This document shows, piece after piece, positions 50,161-62,000 of a stretch of 64,000 nucleotides of DNA. The translations under genes and the position numbers were made by a program. The DNA comes from Leptogorgia sarmentosa (Eukaryota), in assembly GCA_964658305.1 (NCBI GenBank), contig OZ210885.1:10478001-10542000 (forward strand), read 5' to 3'. Under the pieces are notes generated by a model, which saw nothing but the letters and a program-made list of their open reading frames with translations, was not told the origin of the DNA and ran no database searches. Each line of letters begins with the position of its first letter. Position 1 is the first letter of the stretch.

Positions 50161-51818
50161 AAATAGTTGACTTGCATCTAAGGACGAAAGCGGATTTATA
50201 ACCTATTAATTAATATCATTATCGAGACGAAAGCATAAGGAAAATTGCTGATTCTTATTGGTTGCCGCTTCTGAATTTCCATGCTTGAATCAAATTGTTG
50301 GTTGCTATTGGTTGTGACGAAACGGGACGAATTCTGGCCAAGGCCTATACTTTATACGTCGCTGTTATGACAAACTTTATAGCGTCAAAGAATGGTAATT
50401 GAGGTGTCAGCGACGTATAAACTAGGCCTAAACCATGCGTATGATAGCTGCGTTCATATGTCTGCATGTTGGGTATTTCGTGAAGCGGAACTTTCAATCG
50501 ATCGATTGTACCATAGCTTACCATATAGTTATACCGACTAACAATATTCGAAAAAGGTCATAGACATCGTCATAGTTGCGTTTCAGATAATTTCCAGAGT
50601 GAAGGAAATACTTTATTTCAGTGAAGAAAATTTTTCAAAACAGGAGTTGTCATATTCAAATTTGTTGTTTAGTTGTTAGTTGGCAGATCGAATTGATTAA
50701 TGCATAAAAAAGCACAATGACAAGATCATCAAAGTACTTAGGCTTCAAATATTTAGATTGAGTTATAGCTGAGAACGCCTTATAGTGATCATGGTGAACG
50801 AAATTGTTAATTTGAATGTTGTATTTGTTAATAATATCTTCCAAATTCTGTTTACAATCCTTACCCATATACATTAATATTATTTCCCGAGTTATTTCCC
50901 TGAATATCCGGCAAGAGATGTATTCAGCGAATTGGAAAAATGCGAACATCTGTTCTGGAGTCCGACAGCCGAAAGTGTGCAACCCTTTAGAGAAATAGTC
51001 CAAGATGTTGGCCCTGTAATGTCTTTGTACACTAGACAAAGCTAACCCAGATTCCGGAATAGTACATTCAATGCAAATTGAATGAGATCAACTGCATAAA
51101 TTTTTTTTGGGATCACTTCGCGGCTTGGTTACCAAGCACTGATCCAATTCTGAATTTAAACAGAAAATATTGTTTCTTCTTTTTGTTTTGTTTTTCTAAT
51201 CCAGGCCCAAACAGTAATTCTGACCCTAACAACAAAATGCTGAGAAAAGAAGCTTGAAAGAAAGCAAACAAAATGACAAAAAACCAACTCGCTGCTGGCG
51301 ATTCGGGACCATATCCTCTGAGCTAACGAAGCTCGACAAAATTGCAGGTAAAAACCTTTTATATGAATTGATTTTGCAATACAATATATAAAGTACGCGC
51401 AGTTACTAAACAAGTGATCCCAATTTTTTTTTTTGCCAACCACATACGTTTGGTTATCATCTGGCTATGAATGTATCCTGAAATTGCAGTGTTAAGTGCA
51501 TTGTTCATGCATGGTGAGTCCAACCACGACAGACAGAGCAGTCCGTTTTGTTCTACCAATGCTGTGGACTTACTCTAGAAACTTAGTTTCCCCTGGCGGA
51601 GTAGCGGCAATTGATGGGACCAGACGCGAGATACTACGACCTCAAACGGACCCACTGCCCCAATTCTATAGTACCAGCGACATAAATAGATAGAGCGCTT
51701 TGCGATTGTTTGTGAAAAATGTGGCTCTCTAAAAAGAAAAAGCAATCAAGTTACCATGAAGAGTAAAAACAACTTCAGTAACTAATCAATGATGGTATTA
51801 AGAAATAATAAAAAATCC

Positions 51819-53933
51819 TTACTCAACTTTTTCTTGTACTCCTCAATAATGGTTTCATATTTAGCCAAAAGGAATGAAAGCGTCTGATTACTTCACATCA
51901 CGATATATCACGGTTCATTTACAGCAACAACTAAGTCATCGGCTTCAGAATTTTCTTATCGAAATACCATAGTAGCCCAACGCACGCATCACGTAACATT
52001 CAGTAGTATAATATGATCATATATATCATAATATATCATATTATACTACTGAATGGTACGTCATGCGTGCGTTGGGCTACCTATGGAAATACTCCTCCAG
52101 CCGTATTATAACAAGATATGATCTTATATCCACGTATAACATGTGCATTTATATTTAATAAAGCACCGATCGTTCTACATGTGTTGTTAGATTATTGAAA
52201 GTTTGTGCACGAAGGCGTTTCAACATGAGGCTGAATGGATAACACATTAAAAAACGTACGACAGTTTCTTTCGTGTGGCGAAGGACATGTACTTCATCTC
52301 GTAACTCTCGAGATTCTTGAGCCAGACTTTGAAGTTGTGCTATCTATAATACAAAAAAACACGACTCAAAAACATGTCAGTGCTTTTTATCTTTTAATGT
52401 AATTGCTGCTCTTTAAATTCGATCTACTCACTCGCTCACACAAACTTATAATTAAGTGTTCTTTCTCGTATGAGCCGCATCTAGTACGAAGTTCATCCCG
52501 ATCTATAAATAATAGTGAAATTTGTAAAGAAAGAACCGACTTTTGAAAAAAGAAAGAAAACAAAACAAACAATCCAGTACTATAGGGGAGAGTTTCAACA
52601 CGAACATACTTGACTGAAGAGCGCAGTTCTCTTACCTTAGTTTTTCCACCTCTTCCCTTAATTGTTCCGCCTCTAGTCGAAGCCTGAAACATTCATCAGG
52701 ATCTCAGCAAAAATAATTGCCTGTCAGGGACTGTAGTATCTTCATATCCCTGATTTTATGAGTAATACAAGCAAGCATTTCAAACGCTTCTTGAAAACTT
52801 TCCAGTAGTTACTGCATACCGTAAACACATTGTTTATTGGACAACATAGAACCATAGAACTTAATTATACTATAGTCTTAAAATGTAATGCAATGTTAAT
52901 GCAACAATGGGGGGCTCAACTTGCTTTGCCCTGCATCGCACTTGTGCTTTACTGCAGTGTATAGTCCACTTAAAGAAAAAGATTTATAAATTTTTAAAGC
53001 AGTTTACGAACCCATATTGGTTGTTTTCGGTTCTTAGCTGTTTTTTAAGAACTTGAATTTTCAGATCTTCATTTTCAACTTCTAGGAACGAGTTGTGCTC
53101 TCTCAACATTGATAATTAACTACATTGTAGGAATTAAAACAAATTTATATGTATACCTACATGCCATCACTTTTCTTTATTGATTGTTGTAAACTTATGC
53201 TGACAAAAACCTGGTTTAGTCATTTACTCAGCGTTACATTGTGTAATATGTGCCACTAAAAAAAATTTATGATCGACCATAACAGTACATATGCTCATGC
53301 TTGACCATCTTATTCATGACATCTTTGCGAGATGTCTTCATTTTCTTGAATTGATAAATTCAATCGATGCTGAAAAAATACTAGATCTTGAAATGCATCA
53401 TAATAAATATCAACAGGACTTGAAACATCCCCATTTTGTAACTACACCAACAAAATGATTACTTCTTGCACGTCATCTGCCAGTTTCATGATTTTTGTTA
53501 TGAATTCTAATAGAAAATATCTACCATTAATAAATTGTTTAATATCTATAGTGGCATTGCACTTGCACATGATCTACGTAGTCTCTACATGCAGCTAAGC
53601 TAAAATTAGCCTGTAGGTGGTACACTTCAGGAACCAAAGCAGCAGGGTAAGGTACAAGGTTAAAATGCACTGTTTTGTACAAAGATTACCTTGTTTCCCA
53701 TCACAAGTGACGGCACATCCGACTCCGAGAATTAATTGGAGCAACCGCCCCAACTCCTTCTTGTCATGTTTTTCAGCTGTAATTTGGAAATACTGTGAAC
53801 TCAAATACTGCAGCAATATCAAAGTGTTAAAATTCATAAAATCTGTGTACTGGTATAGATCTGTTAATTGGTAGGACTTACCAATACAAGCAACATCAGG
53901 CAGTGTAAATTGGTCCATTTCAATATTGGGAAC
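51819..53933 (-). pseudogene. HOOK: Intron-containing fragment of a Hook-family (HOOK domain plus coiled coil) gene
   Basis: Exons with splice sites: LPDVACI (53933-53882), AEKHDKKELGRLLQLILGVGCAVTCDGKQ (53776-53690), EFITKIMKLADDVQEV, EDISQRCHE*DGQ, LQSLAQESRELRDEVHVLRH, AKYETIIEEYKKKL, collinear with Hook1/3. Confidence 0.82.
51972..52080. repeat. ~110-bp palindrome (small MITE-like) in a Hook intron
   Basis: gtagcccaacgcacgcat...atgcgtgcgttgggctac. Confidence 0.75.
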
Positions 53934-54178
53934 CTGTAGTTGAAATAAAGCTTTTTTACATGAAAAAGTAATATAAAGTAATATAGAGACGTAAATAAGT
54001 GGTTAATTCCCGAGCCACGGCGCGAAGCGCCGTCCGGGCGGTCATACTAAATACCGTCAACAACCGTCAACCACCGTCAACAGGTCGATAAATACCGTCA
54101 ACAAGCGACAACAAGCAGCAAATACCGTCAACAAGCAGAAAATTCCGTAAAATTTATATATCTAAACATGTTTAAATC

Positions 54179-54400
54179 TTAATTAACTAAATTCGATAAA
54201 TTGGGTGGTTCTTGTAGTATGCGAAGTTTAACACCAGTTCTACGCAGGTGCGGACTCTCAGCTCGCATGACATCATCACCTTGAATTGCGACCGAAACTG
54301 AGTTGAACAGGCAATTACCATCGCCTTTCACATGGACTGGTACTCGGGATACCGTTCCACACAAGTTGATCACAGACTGGGAATAGTCGTGAATCTTGTT
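54179..54400 (-). pseudogene. OTU/vertnin-like cysteine protease fragment (transposon-associated)
   Basis: PVHVKGDGNCLFNSVSVAIQG is the OTU catalytic-Cys motif; frameshifted afterwards. Confidence 0.7.
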
Positions 54401-55384
54401 GCTGGTTGGTAAATCCGATTGCTTCCTTTGATTCAGCTGCTTGAGGGGATGATTCTTAAGTAGAATCGACTCCAGGATCGCGGAATGGTGAAGATTCTTG
54501 TCATTTGGTAAAAAAACCTAACAAATATAAAATGCGTAACAAAGGCAATGGGATGTTTAAGATGTTGATGGAAGGTTAAGTTTCGTGAATATTGGGATAG
54601 CGTGTGAAGGCATTTCTTCTTGCTGGTCTTGTCGAGATTTTCAAAGTGAGCAGGAGGTTTGCGCTCTGATTTCAAAAAATCGTGGACGTCTTGCACAGAA
54701 GCCTCAAGCCTACACAGAATTAATACATCAAAATGTTTATAGTGTAAAGAAACAAGAAAACATAGTTGTTTGCAAATAACAACACTACAATCTATAACAA
54801 TTGATATTGCCAGTAGAGTAAAGTTATAGACTTATAGTGTACTACGCGATCTAAGTGAGTGACACTGATAGGAGACTTTACTCGAACATACCTTATATTT
54901 AGCGATGTTCACTCCAGATTCCAGCCCTTCAATTCCAGCGCAGCTAGGGTTACCACTCGATGCAGTATTAAAGGCCATTTTTACAAAAATATTTTAGAAA
55001 CTACGACTTGAAAACAGTCCACGTGTATCCCAGTTCGAAAGAATGCGAAATTTCTGACCGGATGTCAATCATGCGCACCCTTTGCGCATGTGCAAAACTA
55101 CAATAGTCATAAGTTTCGCGTCACACCTGCATCTTCCAGAAATTAGCAAGACCATTGCTATTATATATACTGGCTCTATCCTTCTTACTCATTCTTTTGT
55201 GTTTCCTGTATTTAAGTCCTTGTTGTCATGATTTTGCTTTTCCACAAAAAAATGATTTTGCTGATCATGTTTAAAGTGTAACAATTTCCTAAAACTTACT
55301 CTGATTTATTATTTGAAGTGTTTGGTGAAAATGTTCGGCATCTTGTGGAATATGAACATTATAACGAAAGAATTGGACAACTTT

Positions 55385-55455
55385 GCATTGGTGGTTCAGT
55401 GGTAGAATTCTCGCCTGCCACGCGGGAAACCGGGGTTCGATTCCCCGCTAACGCA
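55385..55455 (+). tRNA. trnG: tRNA-Gly(GCC)
   Basis: Cloverleaf inside an inverted copy of ~40700-41115; one acceptor mismatch. Confidence 0.82.
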
Positions 55456-55858
55456 GATTATTTTCATTTTGTTGCATTTCAATTTCAACTGCAACACGAG
55501 AAACAAACTGGCTTTGTTAAACAGGAATAGTCAACAAGTTATCACTCCCATGTGGTCTAGTGGTTAGCACCTGTGTTCACATTCTCAAACTCTGCTGTTT
55601 TACTAGACCAGTGCTCTACTGAACCCCTGAGCTAAAGAGACAAACTCGTCCTTGTTGAAACTCAGAACATAAATATAATCACGAAGTTAATTAAACTTAA
55701 TTTCCCGTATTATCACTTGTTTTCATGAAATATAAACTCACTTGAAAAATTTTGTTTCAGGTCACACTTATACAATCTGGAGAGTTAACTGCACACCTTG
55801 TAACCAATCACAAAAAGAAATGGATGAATTCTTATTCACCATGAATACTTATTGACAC

Positions 55859-55931
55859 AGCCTCATCAGAGAATTGAACTCTGGACCCCTGGTTTACGAA
55901 ACCAGTGCTCTAACCCCTGAGCTAATGAGGC
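55859..55931 (-). tRNA. trnT: tRNA-Thr(CGT)
   Basis: gcctcat...atgaggct; ctggt-tt-CGT-aa-accag; no insertion. Confidence 0.9.
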
Positions 55932-56081
55932 GACCCGTAAAAATCTTCGTAGCATATTTTTTCCAACATAGTACTCTTTCAATAGCTTTTTTATTTAATC
56001 AGTTTTAGCTCACTGAACAGCACATGGAATACAATCTGGGCGCTTGTCTTCCACGTTCTTCCAAGTTTTCGCAGAAAACAA

Positions 56082-56154
56082 AGCCTCATCAGAGATTTGA
56101 ACTCTGGACCCCTGGTTTACAAGAGCAGTGCTCTAACCACTGAGTTATTGAGGC
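56082..56154 (-). pseudogene. Degenerate tRNA-Thr(TGT)
   Basis: Anticodon TGT; mismatches in the acceptor, D and anticodon stems. Confidence 0.7.
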
Positions 56155-56364
56155 AAATTCTTCACATTGAAACTCAGAATATAAATCCAAGTACGGTATT
56201 AATTGCCGATAGAATCAGAGGCCAGATGTACGAAATTCCGATAACTTTCTCGATTGGATAGTGATTTTTTCAACAGTTGTAAAAATAGACAAAATGTTGT
56301 AAATCCATTATTCCTCTATTTTTTCGCATCTGCTGATACGTTCGATATGGTCTCCCACAATCTT

Positions 56365-56545
56365 GGTCTCCCACAATCTTGGAAACACGCAGATGTTGTA
56401 CCAATTCCGAAAAAAGAACCAGTACGCCATGTTTACCGCCACTTTCGGCCCATTTCCCTCAGTACGATTGTATCGAAAGTCGCGGAGGGCTTTGTTGTTG
56501 ATAATTTTATAAAACCAGCTGTGCTTACAAAAGTTGACCCCGGTC
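56365..56545 (+). pseudogene. Non-LTR retrotransposon RT fragment
   Basis: PQSWKHADVVPIPKK...FRPISLSTIVSKVAE (RT subdomain 1-2). Confidence 0.8.
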
Positions 56546-56687
56546 GCGTTTTTTATTGTATTAAGGTTGTGAAACATGCCAAGAATGATTTTCTATTTTA
56601 ATGTAGAATTGAAAACAAAGAGATCCGTGAATTGATTATAGCTGCGTATGAAATAACATGTACGTAATTAACCTAGTAGAGTACACA

Positions 56688-56759
56688 GGGAGTGTAGCTC
56701 AGTGGTAGAGCATTCGACTGCAGATCGAGAGGTCGGTGGTTCAAATCCGCCCGCTCCTT
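56688..56759 (+). tRNA. trnC: tRNA-Cys(GCA)
   Basis: Identical to the 35704 copy. Confidence 0.9.
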
Positions 56760-56967
56760 CTTATCATACCTATAAACTGTAAAACTTTCGAATTCTTTAA
56801 AGCAGGCTGATGGGAAATATGCGACCCAAAGAGTTGAGATGCATATACTACGATTCGTGTTAAATCTATCCACCAATACTTAAACGATTACTAAAATATT
56901 TTGTTTGATTTTACTGGCAGATTGAAAATTTATTCATTTCAAAGTGGAAGCGAAGGTCAATGCCAAT

Positions 56968-57048
56968 GTAGTCGTGGCCGAGTGGTTAAGGCGACAGACT
57001 TGAAATCTGTTGGGAAATTCCCTGCCGGTTCAAATCCTCCCGACTACG
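56968..57048 (+). tRNA. trnS: tRNA-Ser(TGA), damaged T stem (possible pseudogene)
   Basis: Anticodon TGA; mismatched T stem. Confidence 0.6.
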
Positions 57049-57284
57049 GAAGAGCACATTTCCAGAAGTATTTGGCAAAATTTTGGTGTTATAGCATGCA
57101 ATGAGGAGAAAGAGAAGTTATAAAGTCTAAGAAACGTTTTTAGAGAAAAGTTTTCAACTTCTAACTCGAGTCCGAAGGACGTCGAGTGCTATTTGGGGTT
57201 TTTGGAAAACTCACGTGTATATGTTATTAAATAGTAATATACATTATTTTTATATTTCTTTTCGGAAATTTTTCAATGGAGCCC

Positions 57285-57290
57285 GTCTCT

Positions 57291-57334
<44 letters not shown>

Positions 57335-57358
57335 TTGGTTCGAGTCCAACCAGGGACG
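57285..57358 (+). tRNA. trnN: tRNA-Asn(GTT)
   Basis: Intact 74-nt cloverleaf. Confidence 0.92.
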
Positions 57359-57475
57359 TGTTTGGTGTGATGTTATTCAGACGTCGTGACGGTAAATGTA
57401 ACCGAATTTTTTGCGTGGTGTTTTCTAAGGACTTACGAAAGCTTTCAAAAAAGAGAACAGTTGGTTAATTAACTA

Positions 57476-57547
57476 GGGCTTGCACGGGAATCGAACACGT
57501 GATCTGTCGGACCCGAAGCGAGAATCATACCACTAGACCAGCAAGCC
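57476..57547 (-). pseudogene. Degenerate tRNA-Pro(CGG)
   Basis: Loop tt-CGG-gt; 3' strand of the anticodon stem mutated. Confidence 0.7.
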
Positions 57548-57600
57548 ATTATTTTTCCATTATTTTTATATTTCTTTTCGGAAGGTTTTCAATGGAGTCG

Positions 57601-57647
57601 GTCTCTGTGGCGCAATCGGTTAGCGCGTTCGAGTCCAACCAGGGACG
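57601..57647 (+). pseudogene. tRNA-Asn lacking the anticodon arm
   Basis: Mirror of 23831-23877. Confidence 0.85.
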
Positions 57648-57652
57648 TGTTT

Positions 57653-59018
57653 AATCTTTAATCTTTAATCTTTAAAATTCTTTTAGCATGGTAGCCATTC
57701 AGCGTACTACGCTGATTTTCAATGGGCCGTGCACAAATTACAAATATAGCTAAACCTAAAATACAAAAATCGTGAAGCCTATATACTGGTCAACTTCACA
57801 CAATGGTATACACTATTACATTAAGCAACTAATTAAATTATTCTTATTATGGTAAAAACTACTGAGTAATTAACCCGAGGGGACTTAATCGGTTTTGTAA
57901 TGGTTGATGAGCATAGATTTAGCAACGTTTAGTGTGATATTGTCGACGTTTTGTTTTATGTTATCCGGGAGATTGTTCCAAGATTTTGCCGCTCTATATG
58001 AAAAACTTTTTTTGAGAAAATTTGTGTTAGGTTTCTCAAGGGAAAGTTGGCGATAATTACTTCTCAAGTTGTATTTTTCGTTTGAACAAAAGTTGAACAT
58101 TTCTGTGAGATAACTCGGAGAATTAGCAGTAAGTGCTTTAAAAGTAACAATATTTTCTCGAATTGACAAGCTTTTGTGGATTGGCATCCAATCAAGTTTT
58201 TGAAATATTTCCTTGGACCGTACATCGTATGAAGCGCCAGTTATCACACGTGCCGCTTTCTTTTGAAGTTTAGATAGCTTTGCAAGTTTACTTTTATAAC
58301 CATCATTTCAAACAGTGGAACAGTAACAGAAATTCGGAATTACAAATGCATTATACATTTTGTTAAGGATATGTTCAGGCACAAACGATCTAGCTCTCCT
58401 TAGTAAAGCAATATTGTTTGAAATCTTCTTATTTTGTTCGTTGATATGCTTGTTCCAATTTAGGTGTTCATTTAGAATTACACCGAGTGTCTTTTTATTG
58501 GTTACACGCTTATAATAACTTGATTACCAAGTTTAATTATGGGGCCCTGCTCAAATGGTGGGACTCGTTGGCGTGATCCTATTATCATAAATTCAGTTTT
58601 CGTTTCGTTTAGAGTAAGTTTATTTGCAATGAGCAATTCGTTAACATTCAAAAGATCATGGTTAAGTTTTGATTCAATTTCGTCTACGGTTTGAGCACTG
58701 ATGGAAAGAGTTGTATCATCTGCAAATAATTTAGCCTTAGTAGTTTGGAGACATCTGGGCAAGTCGTTAATATATAAGAGAAACAGAAATGGCCCGAGGT
58801 TGGATCCCTGTGGAACTCCACACTTAAGTTCGTTTACACCTGATTGCTTGGCATTGATGGAACAAATCTGTTTCCTGTTGCTGAGATAAGAACTAAACCA
58901 TTTCAAACTAGTTCCTCTAAAACCGTAAGGCTCTAATTTGGAAAGCAGTATGTTATGATTGACTGAGTCAAACGATTTTTTGAAATCCAGAAACAAAACC
59001 CCATTCAATAAACCATCA
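57653..59018 (-). mobile_element. 5'-truncated CR1/L2-clade LINE (RT plus C-terminus), with stops and a frameshift
   Basis: LFLDFKKSFDSVNH...GVPQGSNLGPFLFLLYINDL...LFADDTT; 3' (AAAGATT)n tail; absent from the mirror arm at ~23820. Confidence 0.92.
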
Positions 59019-62000
59019 TCAGACGTCGTGATGGTAAATGTAAGCATATTTTTGCGCGGGGTATTGATTTTATTCAGTTGGTCTAAACGAAATTTTACTT
59101 TAATGATGCCAAAATATTCCACAAAATACGATAATTTTTGAAAATCATTTGATTTTGCTATTCTTCGAAAAAGTATAGAATTTATAATTACCAATTCATA
59201 TTTTATCTGTGCCGTTTTTCACCTGGCAATACGGGTTCTCCAACATTGGGCTAGATATTCAACTCAGCCCGAGATTGTTCTTGCATGATGTTGATAAATT
59301 AGCTGGAGCAAAGGATGGATCTTGCTGGATCCTTCGGAAGAACCCACAAGGTACAAGCTCATGCTTCCGAAGCTGAAATCTACATAATGAATCTTGCAAA
59401 TAGTTTTTTAAATTATTTTAATTAGGTTTGGTGTTATATTCATACAGACAAAGGTGGATTAATTTGTGTTGGTTGGAATGAAGAATAGTCCAGTAAGTTG
59501 GACAGTCCCATCCGATTCGTCCCCGGTTGACCCACAAGGACCGCCACACTGGTCAAGTGTTTTGGGCGATATCACAGTTCTTGATTTTAGAGTCCAGGTC
59601 TCAACAAACAAAAGTTTTGATGGTACAGGAGCAGACTGATAAGAATACACAAACTAATAATTTCTTGTTAACCATGCGCAAAGTCAGCACCGAGCTCGTC
59701 TTTTGTACCGACAGTGCACGTAGTGCGAGTTATAACAGGAAAATGATTATCTCATACGAACATATGATTGAAACTTTAACACTTTCTATCATATCAGCAA
59801 CTTTCCAATAAAGAATACCGAATGGTTTTCCGTGCAGGATTGCGTCATCCATGCACGTGGGATGTGGCGACTTTCGGAAAGCGTAAAAAATCACGAGCCG
59901 CAGGCGAGTCACTTTCCGAAACTCAAGCCACATCCCAAGTGTATGGATAACGCTATCCGGCACGAAAAAATTAATTGGTAATTGTTTTATATTATAAAAT
60001 AACTACAGTGAAACAAGAGGAAACGTTAATTTCTTTTCCATAAATACGAAAACCCTTGTTTGTTGTTTTCGATAGCAATTTCGGTTACTGTCAAATTCTC
60101 GTATTTTACTTTTATTTTATTGCCGACATTTTAAAAATCCCGTGACTCGTGAGCATTATGCTCGTGAGTAAGCATTCAGAATTTTCCAATCAGGATACTG
60201 TGCAGGATTGTCTGATCTTGCAGGACTATTGACCAATCAAATTGCGTGTTTCACTGTAGTTATTATGTAACAGCCTTACACGGCCGAAAACAATTTACTC
60301 GATAAGCGTGGTGACGTTATAACATGCTCAATAATAGCAGAACTATTTTAGAGTCATTAGACACTGGAAATATTTTCTTGTCAACACAGATAACGTTTCT
60401 CATATGAAGAGTCCCTTAGTTTGCAAACAAACTTATAAGGATCGATGGTCCAATGTTGTATCTGTAAAACACTGCTGAAATGAAAAGATTTTAGAAAATA
60501 CGACTAAGAGATAATGACGTCTGAAGTTCAGTAAGGTTTGCTGATAATGCTGTAAATATGACGACCATTGCAAACATCATTGGTAATTTTACTTTTATTG
60601 ACAAATATTCTATAATAATTCCATAGTTGTAAACCAGCAAATACAACTAAAAATTTACACTAAAGTTAAAACAAAATCATTTTCAAATATACAGTAGCCT
60701 CTTATATTAATTAGGCGAATTGCTGAACATTTCCACATATGTTCACCGTTTAACTTATATTCAGTGATACTGTCACACAGCTATGTCCTGCGGAAGGCTG
60801 GACAGGTATATTTTAATTACTGACAGTAGGGATATTGAATAATGAATGAGGTAAAATGTATTAAACATTGAATCAGAAATAATCAAATTCCATGCATCTC
60901 AGAAAATATGATGCCTGCGTCTATTATCAAATCAATGACTTTCAAAAAGTTCCAGTAACGCGCCGATATAGAAATTTACCGATTTTCCGAAACTGATATT
61001 CAAGGGAACGATATTGTCACATACACCATGCAACAAGTCAACTACCGCTTTCAATATCCTATTTCGCTTCGAATTTCACAACTAAAGGCTGCATTCCAGT
61101 TACCCGTTTTCACACGTACGGCTACGCACGTGAAAGTCAAATCTATCTATATTTCATTTTATTAATAAGATACCTGTAGAAACACATACTACATCATTCA
61201 AAGTATGAGATGCTTTACATGTATTCATGTGATTGCATAGAAACTAACGTTGAAACCAATCTCACTAATTTTTACACGTACGTACGTACGAAAAACGCGT
61301 AACTGGAAAACAGCCTTAAGATTTATTCTGAAAATTTCATCTTAAGTATCAGTTAAGAACGACCCACACTTGAGACAAATATAGCCATTGATCGCTGATA
61401 TCTTGGAATATGGTGAAAAATCAAGTACTTACTGACTAAGCATGAGGTGTGCACGGTAAATATCAAACCGAGGCCAATGTCAAGACATGAAGACCGAGGT
61501 TTGAAAGTTAACCATACAGACGAAACAGTCCAAGTCAACGAAAAGACGAAGTCTGCCTATCTTCGTACGGAACTGATAATCTTTCTTTTCACGTAGATTC
61601 TGAATTACGAATATTTGAAAAAATGAGATGTGTTGGAACAGGATATTTTGCCAAAAGTATGTGACGACAAATGAGCTAATCACGTGTGCTAAATACTCTA
61701 TAAAGGGTGTCAATCCTGTGGGGTCCCCCAATTTTTGACTCGGGGGGATTACTATATAACTGTCCCCCACTGTTTACTATTTCTCGTTTTCTTTTACTTG
61801 TGACAATAGTAATTATAAAAGTTATACAGCAATATAATACTTAATGAAAGCTATCTTTGATTCGTACACCTAAATGATCTTACCAAAGAGGTAAAGTTAA
61901 GGTTCTGAAATGGGCGTTTCCGGCCATCTAGAGGTTTTAAATGTTCACAATTTTCTGATTTGGCGCAAACCTTCGTAACGCCTTGTGAGAAGTTGGCTCC

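Noticed and set aside
59019..59194. N-terminal part of the 230-aa RT ORF
   Set aside because: It is host flank mirrored at ~23660-23820, fused in frame by chance to the 5'-truncated LINE.
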